A stretch of DNA of 64,000 nucleotides from Candidatus Omnitrophota bacterium (GTDB lineage: Bacteria; Omnitrophota; Gorgyraeia; Duberdicusellales; 4484-171). Below the pieces are notes generated by a model. The model saw nothing but the letters and a program-made list of their open reading frames with translations, was not told the origin of the DNA and did not search any database. A program made the position numbers and the translations under genes. Below are positions 19,727 to 30,531 of this stretch, piece after piece. The DNA is taken from positions 527 to 64,526 of the forward strand of contig JBDRIY010000054.1 of the NCBI GenBank assembly GCA_043815445.1, in the 5' to 3' direction. Positions within the stretch are counted from its first letter, which is position 1. The number at the start of each line of letters is the position of its first letter.

Positions 19727-20719
19727 TTAGATAAAGCTTACTGTGTCTCTAATGATAAGTTCGGTATCCAAAACAATCTTTTGAGGAGATTTTGTTCTTT
19801 CTGTGATTTCTTTCAATATTTTTATGGCTTGATGAACCATTTCTTTTAAAGGCTGGCGGACAGTTGTGAGCATTAATTTATCATAAAGGCACTGAGGATT
19901 ATCATCAAATCCAATAACACTTAAATCTTTAGGTATATTTATTCCTTTTTCTTTAGCAAAATTTAAAACTTCAATCGCGACTTCATCGCTACAACAAAAT
20001 ACAGCTGTAGGCGCCTTTTCTAAAGAAAATAACTCTTCTAAAGCTGCTCTGGCCCGTTTACGGGAAAAATCAATAACTTTGACATAATCTTGAGAAACCT
20101 TTATCCCTTTTTTTTCTAAAACTGACTTATAGCCCTCAAGCCTTTCTTGAGAACACTGAACCCGTAAATCTCCGGCAAGATGAGCTATACGCTTATGGCC
20201 ATGATGGACTAAAAACTCTATAGCTTTAGAAGCGCCTTTAAAATTATCTATAGCTACTGAGCTAACATCATACTCTTTTGCTCTGTTGTTTATTACTACC
20301 AGAGGGATTTCTTCCTTTATCAATCTTTTAAGCTGATCTTCATTTCTTATAATATCAGCCATTAAAACCGCGTCAATGAGTGAAGTTTTAAAATCATCTT
20401 TATCCCAGAAAACATTAAGATGCAAGTCAATGTCTTGAGAACTTAAATCAGCAGCGACTTCACGCATTATTTCAATGGCATAATAAGAATAAAAAATATC
20501 CTCATAGCCGGGAATAATCAGGCCGAAGGTGCCAAGCTTTCCTCCGGCAAGGCGCCGGGCATAAAGAGAGGGCTGATAGCCAAGTTCTTTTATAACCTCT
20601 TCTATCTGTTTTTGGTTTTTTTCTTTTAACGAAGTTTTATTGAGAAATCGCGAAACTGTAGCAGTAGAAACTCCAGCTTTTCTTGCTACTTCTTTAATGG
20701 TGATTTTAGATGAAGACAC
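19727..20719 (-). CDS. LacI-family transcriptional regulator
   Basis: N-terminal HTH ITIKEVARKAGVSTATVSRFLN, then a periplasmic-binding-like sugar-binding domain. Confidence 0.85.
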   Translation of the reverse strand: MSSSKITIKEVARKAGVSTATVSRFLNKTSLKEKNQKQIEEVIKELGYQPSLYARRLAGGKLGTFGLIIPGYEDIFYSYYAIEIMREVAADLSSQDIDLHLNVFWDKDDFKTSLIDAVLMADIIRNEDQLKRLIKEEIPLVVINNRAKEYDVSSVAIDNFKGASKAIEFLVHHGHKRIAHLAGDLRVQCSQERLEGYKSVLEKKGIKVSQDYVKVIDFSRKRARAALEELFSLEKAPTAVFCCSDEVAIEVLNFAKEKGINIPKDLSVIGFDDNPQCLYDKLMLTTVRQPLKEMVHQAIKILKEITERTKSPQKIVLDTELIIRDTVSFI

Positions 20720-20847
20720 TAGCTTGCCCTATTACGTTTTGATGTTTTAATAAAAATAAAACGGTAAGAAAAATTACTACACGTCTAAAATATAACCCCT
20801 AAAAGCCTTATATCACGTATTACGTATCCAACATCCAGCATCCAGCA

Positions 20848-22053
20848 TCATTTACTTACGACTGTATCGCCTTCCTGAATAATCCATCCGCTAATAGTCT
20901 CTTTTATGTCCGCGGCAGATATTTCTTTTCTTGTTTCAATAACCTCTACTTCACCTATTTCTTCACCAGCGCGTGTAACCCTCAGTAAAACTCCCGGGCG
21001 TATGCCGGAATTTTCCCCTATATCCACAACAATGAATTTTTCTTCGGTGTTAATGGCGATAACCTCTCCCTGGACTCCCTGTAAACCTAAAGTGTCAGGC
21101 TTTACTACAATCGCCGGCAACTCAACCGATACTGAGTTATTAGGTGTCTCCCCTCTTGTAATCACTTGCTCCAACTGGCTCTGCAGCTGTTCAAAAGCTG
21201 AAGACTTTTCTTTTAAAATATTCTCTATATCTATAATCCTATTCTCAACCTCAATTTTTTTATCCCTAATCTCTTTATAGCTTTTCTGCAGATCCATTTT
21301 ATCTCTACTGGCTAATACAAGCTCTCTCTTGAGGCTCAAATTAGTGGTTTGCGCGCTCTTTAACTTTGACAGGACGCTATTCCTTTCTTCTCTTTCATTA
21401 ATTAAATCAATACTCATAATACGCATAGCTTTTTCTTTAAAAATTACATCTTCTTGAAGTTTCTGTTTATCCTTAGCTATCTGATCTATTTTAACGCTTA
21501 ATTCTTTATTATAATTCTGAAGCTCGGCTATTTTGGTTTTCGCGTCAAGAACTTCTGAATTCAAATCACTTAGGCTTGCCTCTAGCATCGCTTTCTTTTC
21601 AATAAAATCTATCCAATGTTCATCCGCGGCCTGCTGCTCTGGAAGCGGTTGTTGTGTTACAATGCTTATCTTACTTGTTGAGATTTTTTTAATTTTTTCC
21701 GTTAATTCCTCTTTTTGCCGTGAAGCCTCTTCCCATTTTTCCCGCCATTCTTCTCTTTCTTCTTGAAGATCAGCAAAGGCTTCCTGAACCGCGAGTATTT
21801 TCTTTTCCGCGCTGTCTAACTCTTCTTTTGCTCTATCGTATCTATCTGTCAAATTAGCATTATTTTTGATTAAAACCGCTTTTTCCTGTTTAACTTTTTT
21901 ATTATCTTCAAGCAAAGATTGCTTTTCGTCGTAAAAAGTAAAAGCAATAAAGCCTATTCCTAATATCACTACCAATAATATAATGGAAATTATTTTAGAC
22001 TTATCCATTACCCCCCCCTTATTTTTAGATATTTTTAAAAAAATAACTTTCAA
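20848..22053 (-). CDS. membrane-anchored coiled-coil protein
   Basis: One N-terminal TM helix, ~250 aa of heptad-rich E/K/Q sequence, and a small C-terminal beta-rich domain. Confidence 0.4.
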   Translation of the reverse strand: MKVIFLKISKNKGGVMDKSKIISIILLVVILGIGFIAFTFYDEKQSLLEDNKKVKQEKAVLIKNNANLTDRYDRAKEELDSAEKKILAVQEAFADLQEEREEWREKWEEASRQKEELTEKIKKISTSKISIVTQQPLPEQQAADEHWIDFIEKKAMLEASLSDLNSEVLDAKTKIAELQNYNKELSVKIDQIAKDKQKLQEDVIFKEKAMRIMSIDLINEREERNSVLSKLKSAQTTNLSLKRELVLASRDKMDLQKSYKEIRDKKIEVENRIIDIENILKEKSSAFEQLQSQLEQVITRGETPNNSVSVELPAIVVKPDTLGLQGVQGEVIAINTEEKFIVVDIGENSGIRPGVLLRVTRAGEEIGEVEVIETRKEISAADIKETISGWIIQEGDTVVSK

Positions 22054-22187
22054 CCTAATTATAACATCCGGCTTAACTCTGTAAAGTTCTTTTTAGGATT
22101 TCTTTTAGAAATTTCTAATTACAAAGATTGTTTTGCTAAAAGCAGAACTATGTAATTTATTCTTAATTTTTTAATCGGAAAACTCTC

Positions 22188-25142
22188 TCAAAACTTTTTA
22201 GAATAATAAAGTTTGACGATATGTTGGGTATCGAGAGTGGGAGAAGCAGTGCCAAAAGGAGTATAACTGGAAAGAGCAACATCAACCGAAGGAACAATAC
22301 CATATTGAATAGCGAATTCACTGTCTTCTTTTATCTTTAATTGAATTTCAGAAAAAAGAGTGTGATGAGATGATTTAATTGTCCGTGAATTATCCTGTAG
22401 TTCAGCAATATCATTAGCCCGGGAATAAACATACCTAAAATAAAAGCCTAACTTTTCAGAAAATAAATATCTCACATCAAACCCGATATGATTTATGTTG
22501 TCATCAACAAGCTGAGCCCAGCCATACTCGTTGCGGGTATAATCTAAACGTAACCTTAAATTATCTTGAGGCCTTAGATTTATTCCCAGTTTAAATATAT
22601 CAAAATCCGGATAAGGCGGGACATAAAAAGCGTTGGTGCTGCTTAAACCTGATGTTTCTTGACGAACTGTATGGTTGTATTCATTAAATGTAGTCATCCA
22701 TGTTGACCCAAATAAATCTCTGGGAAAATCGCCATAAGCTAAAGTACAGTCATTAGTGCGCTCCCAGATAAAATTCGTATCTAACCACTTAAAAAAATCA
22801 TATTGGAAACCTAAGGACATAGTTTTTAAGGTAGGGTCTTTATCCGCGTCCACTGAAGCATTTTTGTAAAAATCACCGCTATTGGGGTCAATAATAAAAG
22901 GATCTATCCCCTGATCAGTTTTTGGTAAATCCTGATAAATCCCTAAAAACTTTGTAGTTAATTTAGGCGTAGTTTTGTGTGTAAGCTCTAAACGGCTTAC
23001 ATTTTCAATATACTCTCCATCAGTATTATGAACATTTCTTATGTCAAATAAAGCGTCTAACTTATCCATAGGAAGATTTTTCGTCTCATATCTAAAACTA
23101 ATAACATCCCGTCCATAATCAATGCCATCACCAATCCTAAAATCCTTAACATCATTCCAGCTTATCGCCGGATCAGTAATGCTTGGCAAATGATTTTCAA
23201 AAGGCTGCTTAAAAGTAAGGTGCCGGGACCAAAACATATCATCTCTTGTTTCTCTAAAACTGGCTAAAGCAGTTTCAAAGCCTTGATCCATATGGGTAAA
23301 AGATAATTTTAATTTATAAAAAGGATTTTCTTGTTCTTTTTCTGTTGGTTCAAGAGCAAAGTAATTTTCCCCAAAGGCTTGTTTAGAAGAATTAACTAAA
23401 CTAAGATGAAAAGCATTTCCTCTTTTCTTAGTTTTATAATCAGCTGAAGCTTTGTCCTGTTCGCCTCTTGAAGCAGACACCTCGGTAAAAATCTGAGTAT
23501 TATCATCTAAACCTAAATTAAAATCAAAACCAAAAAAGTTATTATAAACATCTAAAGCCCTATCATTATATCCTAATTTAGAACCCTGTAAAAAACCTAA
23601 AGTTAAATTATCTAAATAAAAATATTTAAATCTGGAAACAGCCGCGAAAGTATCAAAACTTTCATAATTCTGCCAAAGTTCTTTAGGCGAAGCTGTAGTA
23701 AAGTCAAAAAGAGTTTTTTCCGAATCTAATTTAAAAGAAAGCCCTCTTAAGGAAGTTAACCTTTCACCTTTTGAATCACGGGTAAAAAAAGCCGAAGAAT
23801 CATCCCACCAGCCTTTTAAAAAATCCTGAGCAGCTCCGCCAGTATTAAAATGCCCTGGGCGCCAGTTAACCAGCCATTGAGATTCTTCCCAGTAAATATG
23901 GCGGTTGCTAAGATTTAAGGGATCATCGGAATTATAAGCTAAATTGTCTTTTGCTACCGGAAGAATTTTCAAAGTTAAATCGTCTTTATTATAACCAAAC
24001 CAAAATTCTCTTGCCGGCCAAAACTGCTGGTAAATTTCGGCCTCAGGAATATTAAAAGTATCAAAACTTCCATTACCCCAGACAATGCCTCTTTGACCGG
24101 AAGCAATAACCTTATTATCTTTTACTTTCATTTCAGGAGTAGAAAAAAAGTTCCCTAATTTTTCAGAATAAAAAGTTTCATTAACAGTACGGCCGGTATT
24201 AGACCAGTATTTTAAAACAATATTAGCTATATCGCCATTCTCACTAGTAACATTAATTACACTAGATTTACCAATAAAACTCCAGGGGCTGATATCAAAA
24301 TCACTGCCAAAGCCCCAGCCATTTTCAACCGGCTTTTCTATTTTAATCCGGAAACGGTCAAAAATATCTATATTAGATGTATTGTCTTTACGGTTATGAG
24401 CCGCGCCGGAAAGCATCCGCCAGTTTTTCTCATTCATATCCATATTAGACCTTTTCCAAACAAGCCCATCATCACTATCCACGCCAAAACTGGCATGAGC
24501 TGTACCGGAAATTTTTATTTTAGAATCTGCTTCAAGATCTTCTTCAATATATTCAGGATATATCGGCGTCCTCTCTCCCCCAGATCTTTTTTTAGTTATT
24601 GTTTCTGAAGATATTTTTGTTTTAGGCTGGATTACTTTTATTTCTTTTACTTGAGGCGCTCTGGCAAATTCTTTTGAAGAAAAAGCCTCTACAGTTTTCT
24701 TTTCAGGCTCAATCTTAGGCTGGACTGCCTTAGTTTCTCTTACCTTAAGAACCTTTGCCGGCTCTTCTGAAAAAAAATCTTGTTTTGATTTCTCTAAATC
24801 TTTTAAAGATACAGCCATTGCCGGCTTTGGGCTTAACTTTAGTTTTGTTTTTGTCTTGCTTAATAAAGTAAATGAATCCAAGCTATTCTTTACTTCCTTT
24901 TGGCGGGTTTGAGCTAAATACGCGCGGGCTTCTTGATTACAAGAATCAGCTAAAAGAACTTTTCTAAATTCTTCTTTAGCCTCTCGCGGACAATCCTTTT
25001 CTAAAAGAGCCCTGCCTCTTTCAATTAAATATTCACTTGCTGAGCTGCAAAACCCATTAATAGGCAAAAAAACTCCCAAAACTAAAACTAAAATAACCTT
25101 TTTCATCATAAAGATTTTAACAAAAGCCCTCAACAATTGCAA
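22188..25142 (-). CDS. large secreted / outer-membrane protein, probable C-terminal beta-barrel
   Basis: Signal-peptide-like N-terminus (MMKKVILVLVLGVFLPINGFCSSA). TPR-like start, aromatic-rich alternating C-terminal half, terminal Phe. Confidence 0.45.
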   Translation of the reverse strand: MQLLRAFVKIFMMKKVILVLVLGVFLPINGFCSSASEYLIERGRALLEKDCPREAKEEFRKVLLADSCNQEARAYLAQTRQKEVKNSLDSFTLLSKTKTKLKLSPKPAMAVSLKDLEKSKQDFFSEEPAKVLKVRETKAVQPKIEPEKKTVEAFSSKEFARAPQVKEIKVIQPKTKISSETITKKRSGGERTPIYPEYIEEDLEADSKIKISGTAHASFGVDSDDGLVWKRSNMDMNEKNWRMLSGAAHNRKDNTSNIDIFDRFRIKIEKPVENGWGFGSDFDISPWSFIGKSSVINVTSENGDIANIVLKYWSNTGRTVNETFYSEKLGNFFSTPEMKVKDNKVIASGQRGIVWGNGSFDTFNIPEAEIYQQFWPAREFWFGYNKDDLTLKILPVAKDNLAYNSDDPLNLSNRHIYWEESQWLVNWRPGHFNTGGAAQDFLKGWWDDSSAFFTRDSKGERLTSLRGLSFKLDSEKTLFDFTTASPKELWQNYESFDTFAAVSRFKYFYLDNLTLGFLQGSKLGYNDRALDVYNNFFGFDFNLGLDDNTQIFTEVSASRGEQDKASADYKTKKRGNAFHLSLVNSSKQAFGENYFALEPTEKEQENPFYKLKLSFTHMDQGFETALASFRETRDDMFWSRHLTFKQPFENHLPSITDPAISWNDVKDFRIGDGIDYGRDVISFRYETKNLPMDKLDALFDIRNVHNTDGEYIENVSRLELTHKTTPKLTTKFLGIYQDLPKTDQGIDPFIIDPNSGDFYKNASVDADKDPTLKTMSLGFQYDFFKWLDTNFIWERTNDCTLAYGDFPRDLFGSTWMTTFNEYNHTVRQETSGLSSTNAFYVPPYPDFDIFKLGINLRPQDNLRLRLDYTRNEYGWAQLVDDNINHIGFDVRYLFSEKLGFYFRYVYSRANDIAELQDNSRTIKSSHHTLFSEIQLKIKEDSEFAIQYGIVPSVDVALSSYTPFGTASPTLDTQHIVKLYYSKKF

Positions 25143-25258
25143 CCTCTTTTTTCTTCCCGCGAATACCGCAATAAATATTACGGGTTAGATCTAATGTGAG
25201 TCAATTCGGGTTAAAAGTATTTGTTTTTGGCTAAATCTTAGGTTATAATGCGGCTAAT

Positions 25259-26497
25259 ATGTTTATCAGCTCAATTATTCAGAAATTTATTCTTGGCTAT
25301 ATTTTACTTTTTCCCCTTCTGCCGGCATTGACTTCTGAAAGAATAAACTTGGCGGTTAATTTAATTTTTTTATGCTTAGGAACAGTTTATGTATTTATTT
25401 TACGCGAAAATATTAAAAAAAGCCTGCTAAATCCCATAATCATACTTTTTTTCTCAATTCTTATATTTTCAGCATTCTTCTCCCATGGTATAGCTGCTGG
25501 CTTAGAACAAGCCTATCGCTGGCTTCCTTTTCTCATTCTATTTTATATAGTAAAAGTTTCTAATGAAGATAAGAAAAAATGGCTGTTACGAATACTGCTT
25601 CTAAGCGCTTGCTTAGTTTCCCTTTACAGCCTGCGGGCTTTTTTTATTATATCAGGATATATTTCTTCCTATCTTCAACAACACAATATAAATTACTATT
25701 TTGCTCAAGAATTCTTAGCCCGAAAAAGAGCCTTTGCCCCTTTTATTACCCCTAACCTGCTGGCAGGATATCTAACAATGGTAATATTTATTGCCGTAGG
25801 AATATTTTTAAAAAATAAACATAAAACCGACAGGCTAATAGCGCTTAGTTGTTTAACCCTATCTTTACCTGTATTTTTCCTTACTAAATCTATCGGCGGA
25901 TGGCTTTCAATGCTTTCAGCTCTATGTTTCTTTCTGTTTTTTAATAAAAAAATAAACCCCGTTAGAGATAGCTCATTTTTAAATAAATATAAAATCTCTA
26001 ACGGGGTAAATAAAAAAGTTACTGTTTCTATTCTTATGGCTATTTTAATCCTAACTATAATCTTTATCGCAAGAGTTAAGGAGGCGCGGGAGATAACTGC
26101 TCCCTTATTTTCCTTGCAGCAAAGAATTTCCTATTGGGCTCAAACTATTGAAATAATTAAACAGCACCCTTTAATCGGAGTAGGCGCGGGAAACCTTTCA
26201 TTAAAAGGTTCTCTAAGCTCTCACAACTCCTACCTTCAAATCTGGGCTGAAACAGGAATAGCGGGGCTAATAGGCTGGCTGGCAATTGTTTTCATCTTTA
26301 TAAAAAGAAGTGTAGGAGTGCTTCAATATTCAAAAAGAAAGGCTTTTTGGGCCGGAACTTTTTGCGCGGGTTTATCGTTTCTATTCCACAACTTAATAGA
26401 TTTTTCCTTTTTTATTCCCCAAGCAGCCTTTTTATGGTGGATAGTTTTAGCTCTGGCAACGGCAAGCCCTACCCCTGCCAGCTCCGATAATCATTAA
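25259..26497 (+). CDS. O-antigen ligase / Wzy-like polymerase family membrane protein
   Basis: ~11 TM helices and an H-N-x-Y-L-Q-x-W-A-E-x-G Wzy_C-type periplasmic-loop motif (HNSYLQIWAETGIAG). Confidence 0.65.
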   Translation: MFISSIIQKFILGYILLFPLLPALTSERINLAVNLIFLCLGTVYVFILRENIKKSLLNPIIILFFSILIFSAFFSHGIAAGLEQAYRWLPFLILFYIVKVSNEDKKKWLLRILLLSACLVSLYSLRAFFIISGYISSYLQQHNINYYFAQEFLARKRAFAPFITPNLLAGYLTMVIFIAVGIFLKNKHKTDRLIALSCLTLSLPVFFLTKSIGGWLSMLSALCFFLFFNKKINPVRDSSFLNKYKISNGVNKKVTVSILMAILILTIIFIARVKEAREITAPLFSLQQRISYWAQTIEIIKQHPLIGVGAGNLSLKGSLSSHNSYLQIWAETGIAGLIGWLAIVFIFIKRSVGVLQYSKRKAFWAGTFCAGLSFLFHNLIDFSFFIPQAAFLWWIVLALATASPTPASSDNH

Positions 26498-27493
26498 TAT
26501 TGTTGCCAATAGAGAACTGCTTAACAAAATCCAAAATCCCGCGCTTATTCCATTTAATAAAAATACTCCGCTTAAAGGCCATAAAACAGCAATAAAATAT
26601 ATTCCTGCCAACATTTTCTTTTGAGAATATCCCTGGGATAAAAATTTTAAAATTATGTGATCATTACTCTTTCTCAAAGGAGAAACTTTTTTTAGGGCAC
26701 GTGCCGTAATAAGATAAAGTGTATCTATAATAGGTAAGCCTAAAACCAACACCGGAATCAGTAATGCCCAAGGGCTGCGTAAAACAGCATAATCTCCATA
26801 TATACTTAAAGCCGCGAATAAAAACCCTAAAAAATGACTCCCTGAATTTCCCATAAAAACCTTAGCTTTAGGCCTGCCCCGATGTTCTAATCGGGGTAGA
26901 TTAAAAAACATAAAAGCAAAAAGCGCTCCGCTTAAACCGGCAAAAACAAATGCTAAGAAACTGGCTGTTTTAAGAAATATTACCAGAAATGCTAAACTAA
27001 TAATCAAAGAAATTCCGCCGCAAGCGCCGTCAGCTACATCTAAATGATTAAAAGCGTTAGTAATTCCCGCTATCCATAAAAAAGAAACAATATAGTTTGC
27101 CCATCCCGGCAAAAAATAAATTTGAATTTTTTTGGCGAAAATAAGAAATAAAAAAATAAAGGCCAACTGAGCTGCTACTTTTGTTTTTAAAGAAAATTCC
27201 TTTAAATCATCTACAAACCCTATTGCTAATAGTATAAAAGAAAAAATAATTATCCAAAGAAACTGAAAAGGCAAAATAACTCCTCTAATAATAAAGGATA
27301 AATACAAGCACAAAATAAAGGCCAAAGAAAAACCTATTCCTCCAATATAAGGAACTCCTTTTTTTCTTATAAAAAGATTATGTTTTAAAGAAAACCTGCG
27401 CAAAAAACTAGTTAAAAACACAGCTAAAATAAAAGCGCAGGAAAAAATAAAAATAAGATTTAATATTCTACAGTTGAGCATAAATACCTTCAA
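26447..27493 (-). CDS. polyprenyl-phosphate N-acetylhexosamine-1-phosphate transferase (MraY/WecA family)
   Basis: DDxxE-type motif IGFVDDLKEF and NxxNxxDGxDG-like motif NAFNHLDVADGACGG. Multi-TM. Confidence 0.7.
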   Translation of the reverse strand: MKVFMLNCRILNLIFIFSCAFILAVFLTSFLRRFSLKHNLFIRKKGVPYIGGIGFSLAFILCLYLSFIIRGVILPFQFLWIIIFSFILLAIGFVDDLKEFSLKTKVAAQLAFIFLFLIFAKKIQIYFLPGWANYIVSFLWIAGITNAFNHLDVADGACGGISLIISLAFLVIFLKTASFLAFVFAGLSGALFAFMFFNLPRLEHRGRPKAKVFMGNSGSHFLGFLFAALSIYGDYAVLRSPWALLIPVLVLGLPIIDTLYLITARALKKVSPLRKSNDHIILKFLSQGYSQKKMLAGIYFIAVLWPLSGVFLLNGISAGFWILLSSSLLATILMIIGAGRGRACRCQS

Positions 27494-28592
27494 TCTCCTT
27501 AATCATTCTTTTCTCAGACCAATAGCTCAAATTAATTCTATTACGGTTAACTTCTATTACCCTACTCCAATCTTCAGAGCTTTTCAATATCTGCCAACAT
27601 TTTTCTTTAACTATCTTTGAATCACCCGGCTGGACAATAAACCCCTGCTGTTTATCTTTTACTAAATCTCTCAAGCCTTCTGTATCAGAAACTACAATCG
27701 GAACCCCGGAGCTAACTGCTTCAATTAAAGATATCGGCAAACCCTCCCATAAAGAAGTAAGCACAAAAACCGACGCTTTTTTAAATAATTCCTCAATATT
27801 ATCAACCCAGCCTTCAAGCCGCACTTTATTGCTAAGCCCCAGCAATCTTATTCTTTTTTCAATCTTTTTTTTAAAAGGCCCGGCGCCGGCTATTATAAAA
27901 TTAAGCTTAGGATTTTCTTTTAAAAGCATTTTGGCCGCGCCTAAAAAATAAAAAAGGCCTTTTTGAGGCTTTAAGGCTGAAATAGTTAAAATTGTATTTT
28001 TGGGCTTTAGCTTCTTTCTTTCTTTATAAACATTTTCAAACTTATCTATATCTATTCCATAATGAATAAGAGAAAATTTTTCAGCCTTAGCTATTTTATT
28101 TTTAACTCCCTTTTGTAAATCAGAATTTGAAACAACAATGATTTTTTTGGTAATTTTCGCGGTAATTTTTTCCAAAACAAGATATAAATAATAACCTGCC
28201 GAATTCATAAACCCATGAAAAGGCCAGCCATGAACAGTATAAACAATATTTTTAACCCCGGCAAAATAAGCCGCCCACCTTCCTAAAATAGAAGCCTTAG
28301 GCGAATGAGTATGCACGATATAAAATTTGTTTTTCCTAATATAAAAGTACAATTTCAAAAAAGCAATAAAATCATATACCGGATTAATATTTCTCACCAG
28401 TTGAGGAATTAACCTTACTTGAAAGAAGGAAGATTTTAAAAATTTTTCTTGGAGATAACCTTGTTTCCCCGCGAATAAACACACTAGATATTGGCTGTTA
28501 TCTAAACCATTTACAATTGAAAGCAGCTGTTTCTGCGCCCCTCCTAATTCCAAATGAGTAATAATAAAAAGTATTTTCTTCTTTTTTATCAT
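27468..28592 (-). CDS. GT4-family glycosyltransferase
   Basis: C-terminal EGLPISLIEAVSSGVPIVVSDTEGL (E-x7-E) motif. Confidence 0.8.
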   Translation of the reverse strand: MIKKKKILFIITHLELGGAQKQLLSIVNGLDNSQYLVCLFAGKQGYLQEKFLKSSFFQVRLIPQLVRNINPVYDFIAFLKLYFYIRKNKFYIVHTHSPKASILGRWAAYFAGVKNIVYTVHGWPFHGFMNSAGYYLYLVLEKITAKITKKIIVVSNSDLQKGVKNKIAKAEKFSLIHYGIDIDKFENVYKERKKLKPKNTILTISALKPQKGLFYFLGAAKMLLKENPKLNFIIAGAGPFKKKIEKRIRLLGLSNKVRLEGWVDNIEELFKKASVFVLTSLWEGLPISLIEAVSSGVPIVVSDTEGLRDLVKDKQQGFIVQPGDSKIVKEKCWQILKSSEDWSRVIEVNRNRINLSYWSEKRMIKEIEGIYAQL

Positions 28593-28608
28593 CCGCGAAA
28601 AATATCTT

Positions 28609-30375
28609 TCAGGCGCTGGCGCTATTATGCGACAGTGCCTCTATTTGCCCGGCAAATAACTCTGAAAATTCCCGAACTTCCGCTATGAGCTTTCGGGGAG
28701 CGCCGGCAAGAATATTATTTGGGCTTTTTAAAAAATAAACTGAATCACAGGCCATTATTGTTGATAATCTATGAGAAACAACTATTACAATATCTATAGG
28801 CAAGCTCCGTATATTGCTCATTATTTTTTCCTCGCTGTAAGAATCCATAGAAGACATTGCTTCGTCCAAAATTAAAATTTTAGGTTTATTTATTAAAGCT
28901 CTGGCAATAGCAATTTTTTGCTTTTGGCCTTCAGAAAGTTTACAAGCATTTTCACCGATAACTGTCTCATACCCTTGAGGTAAACTCTTAACAAACTCAT
29001 CTACGCCGGCTAAAGCCGCGGTTTCAACTACTTCATTTCTTGAAGCGTTTTTTTTAGCGTACTTAATATTATTCTCTATACTATCATTCCATAAAAACGG
29101 CTCTTGTAGGGCTACGCTGATTTGCTGTTTTAAAAAAACCTTATCTAATTCTTCTATATTGCGCCCCTGAATAAGCACCTTGCCTTTGCCCGGTTTATAT
29201 ATGCCTAAGATTAAATTTAAAATTGTAGTCTTACCGCACCCGGAAAGTCCGGCTAAAGAAATAACTCCTTTTTCTAAATTAAATTCTATATCCCTTAAAA
29301 CATCTTCCCCTTCACAATAACCAAAACGGACTTTTTTAAACTCTATTCGAGGATTATCAAATATTATTCTTACCTTTGGTTTACCTATTTCAGGCGCCAG
29401 CGAATTTTCTTGCAAAACTTCATTTAAACGGTTGCAGGAAACAAGCCCCATCACTACTCTTTGAAAAAAGAAAGCAACACTGTTTTGTAAGCCAATTAAC
29501 TGGCCTAAATAAATCATTATTGCCGCTAAAGTTCCGGCTGTCATCTGCTCTTTTATCACTAAATAACCGCCGAAAAGAGTAATTAAACCTATAATTATCC
29601 GTTCACAGCTTCCTCCGGCAAAACTGCCAAAAACCTCCAGCCGAACATTTCTTAACCTTATTTTTATCCGGGCAATCAACGCCTTTAAATAACTCCTTGT
29701 TTCCGCTTTTTCTTTTCCCAAGGCTTTGACTAAATGAATATGAGAAAACACCTCTTCCATACGCTTAAAAATATCCTGAGAATTAGTCAATAATTCTTCT
29801 AATATTTTACGCATCCTAAAAGTAACATAATGAACCGGCAAATACATAATCGGCGCCAGAACAAGAGCAAAAAGCGCCATTTGCCAATTAAGATAAAAGA
29901 TAATTGCCAGAATAAAAAGCATTCTGGGAAAAATTTTAATAATTTCCTCGGGAATAGAAACAACCAAATCCACGACTCTATCTATATCATAGTTAACCCT
30001 AAACATATGCTCGCCGGTTGACCTATTTTGAAAAAAATTAAGAGGAAGGTTTTGCAAATGGCTGAATACTTTTTTATTTAAATCAAAATTTACTCTTAGA
30101 TTAACGCTTCTTTTAAACAAAGCTGACACCGCGTTAACAAGGCCGTTAATAATAAATAACCCTGTACCGATTGCCCCAAAAATAATAAAACTCTTTAACT
30201 CCTTGCCTATTATCCCCTTATCTACCGCCAACTTGCTAAGATAAGGCAGAGCTACCCCCAGCAAAACACTTACCCCGCTTAAAAAAAGTATAATAATTCC
30301 TTTTTTACGGTAAGGCAGGAGATATTTTAAGAATTTGAGGAATAACCTGAATTCTTGTTTGTTTATTTTTTTCAT
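28609..30375 (-). CDS. ABC exporter (fused permease + ATPase), candidate peptide exporter
   Basis: Six TM helices, Walker A GLSGCGKTT, LSEGQKQKIAIARAL, ILILDEA. Immediately downstream of the PqqD/HprK/rSAM operon. Confidence 0.8.
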   Translation of the reverse strand: MKKINKQEFRLFLKFLKYLLPYRKKGIIILFLSGVSVLLGVALPYLSKLAVDKGIIGKELKSFIIFGAIGTGLFIINGLVNAVSALFKRSVNLRVNFDLNKKVFSHLQNLPLNFFQNRSTGEHMFRVNYDIDRVVDLVVSIPEEIIKIFPRMLFILAIIFYLNWQMALFALVLAPIMYLPVHYVTFRMRKILEELLTNSQDIFKRMEEVFSHIHLVKALGKEKAETRSYLKALIARIKIRLRNVRLEVFGSFAGGSCERIIIGLITLFGGYLVIKEQMTAGTLAAIMIYLGQLIGLQNSVAFFFQRVVMGLVSCNRLNEVLQENSLAPEIGKPKVRIIFDNPRIEFKKVRFGYCEGEDVLRDIEFNLEKGVISLAGLSGCGKTTILNLILGIYKPGKGKVLIQGRNIEELDKVFLKQQISVALQEPFLWNDSIENNIKYAKKNASRNEVVETAALAGVDEFVKSLPQGYETVIGENACKLSEGQKQKIAIARALINKPKILILDEAMSSMDSYSEEKIMSNIRSLPIDIVIVVSHRLSTIMACDSVYFLKSPNNILAGAPRKLIAEVREFSELFAGQIEALSHNSASA

Positions 30376-30432
30376 TATTAATCACGGGATGGAATAAACG
30401 TTTGTCCGTTACAATTATCAAAATATTTTGAT

Positions 30433-30520
30433 CCGTAGGGGCGGGCCTTGCGTCCGCCCGTTATTGAATGATTGATATTATTTGACAATCATTTCGGGCG
30501 CAGGCAAGCAGCGCCCCTAC
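30433..30520. repeat. GC-rich palindromic element, copy 2: cgtaggggcgggccttgcgtccgcccg ... AT-rich nested palindrome ... cgggcgcaggcaagcagcgcccctacg
   Basis: Same architecture and arm sequence as 19476..19555. Confidence 0.55.
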
Positions 30521-30531
30521 GTATTTTTAAT

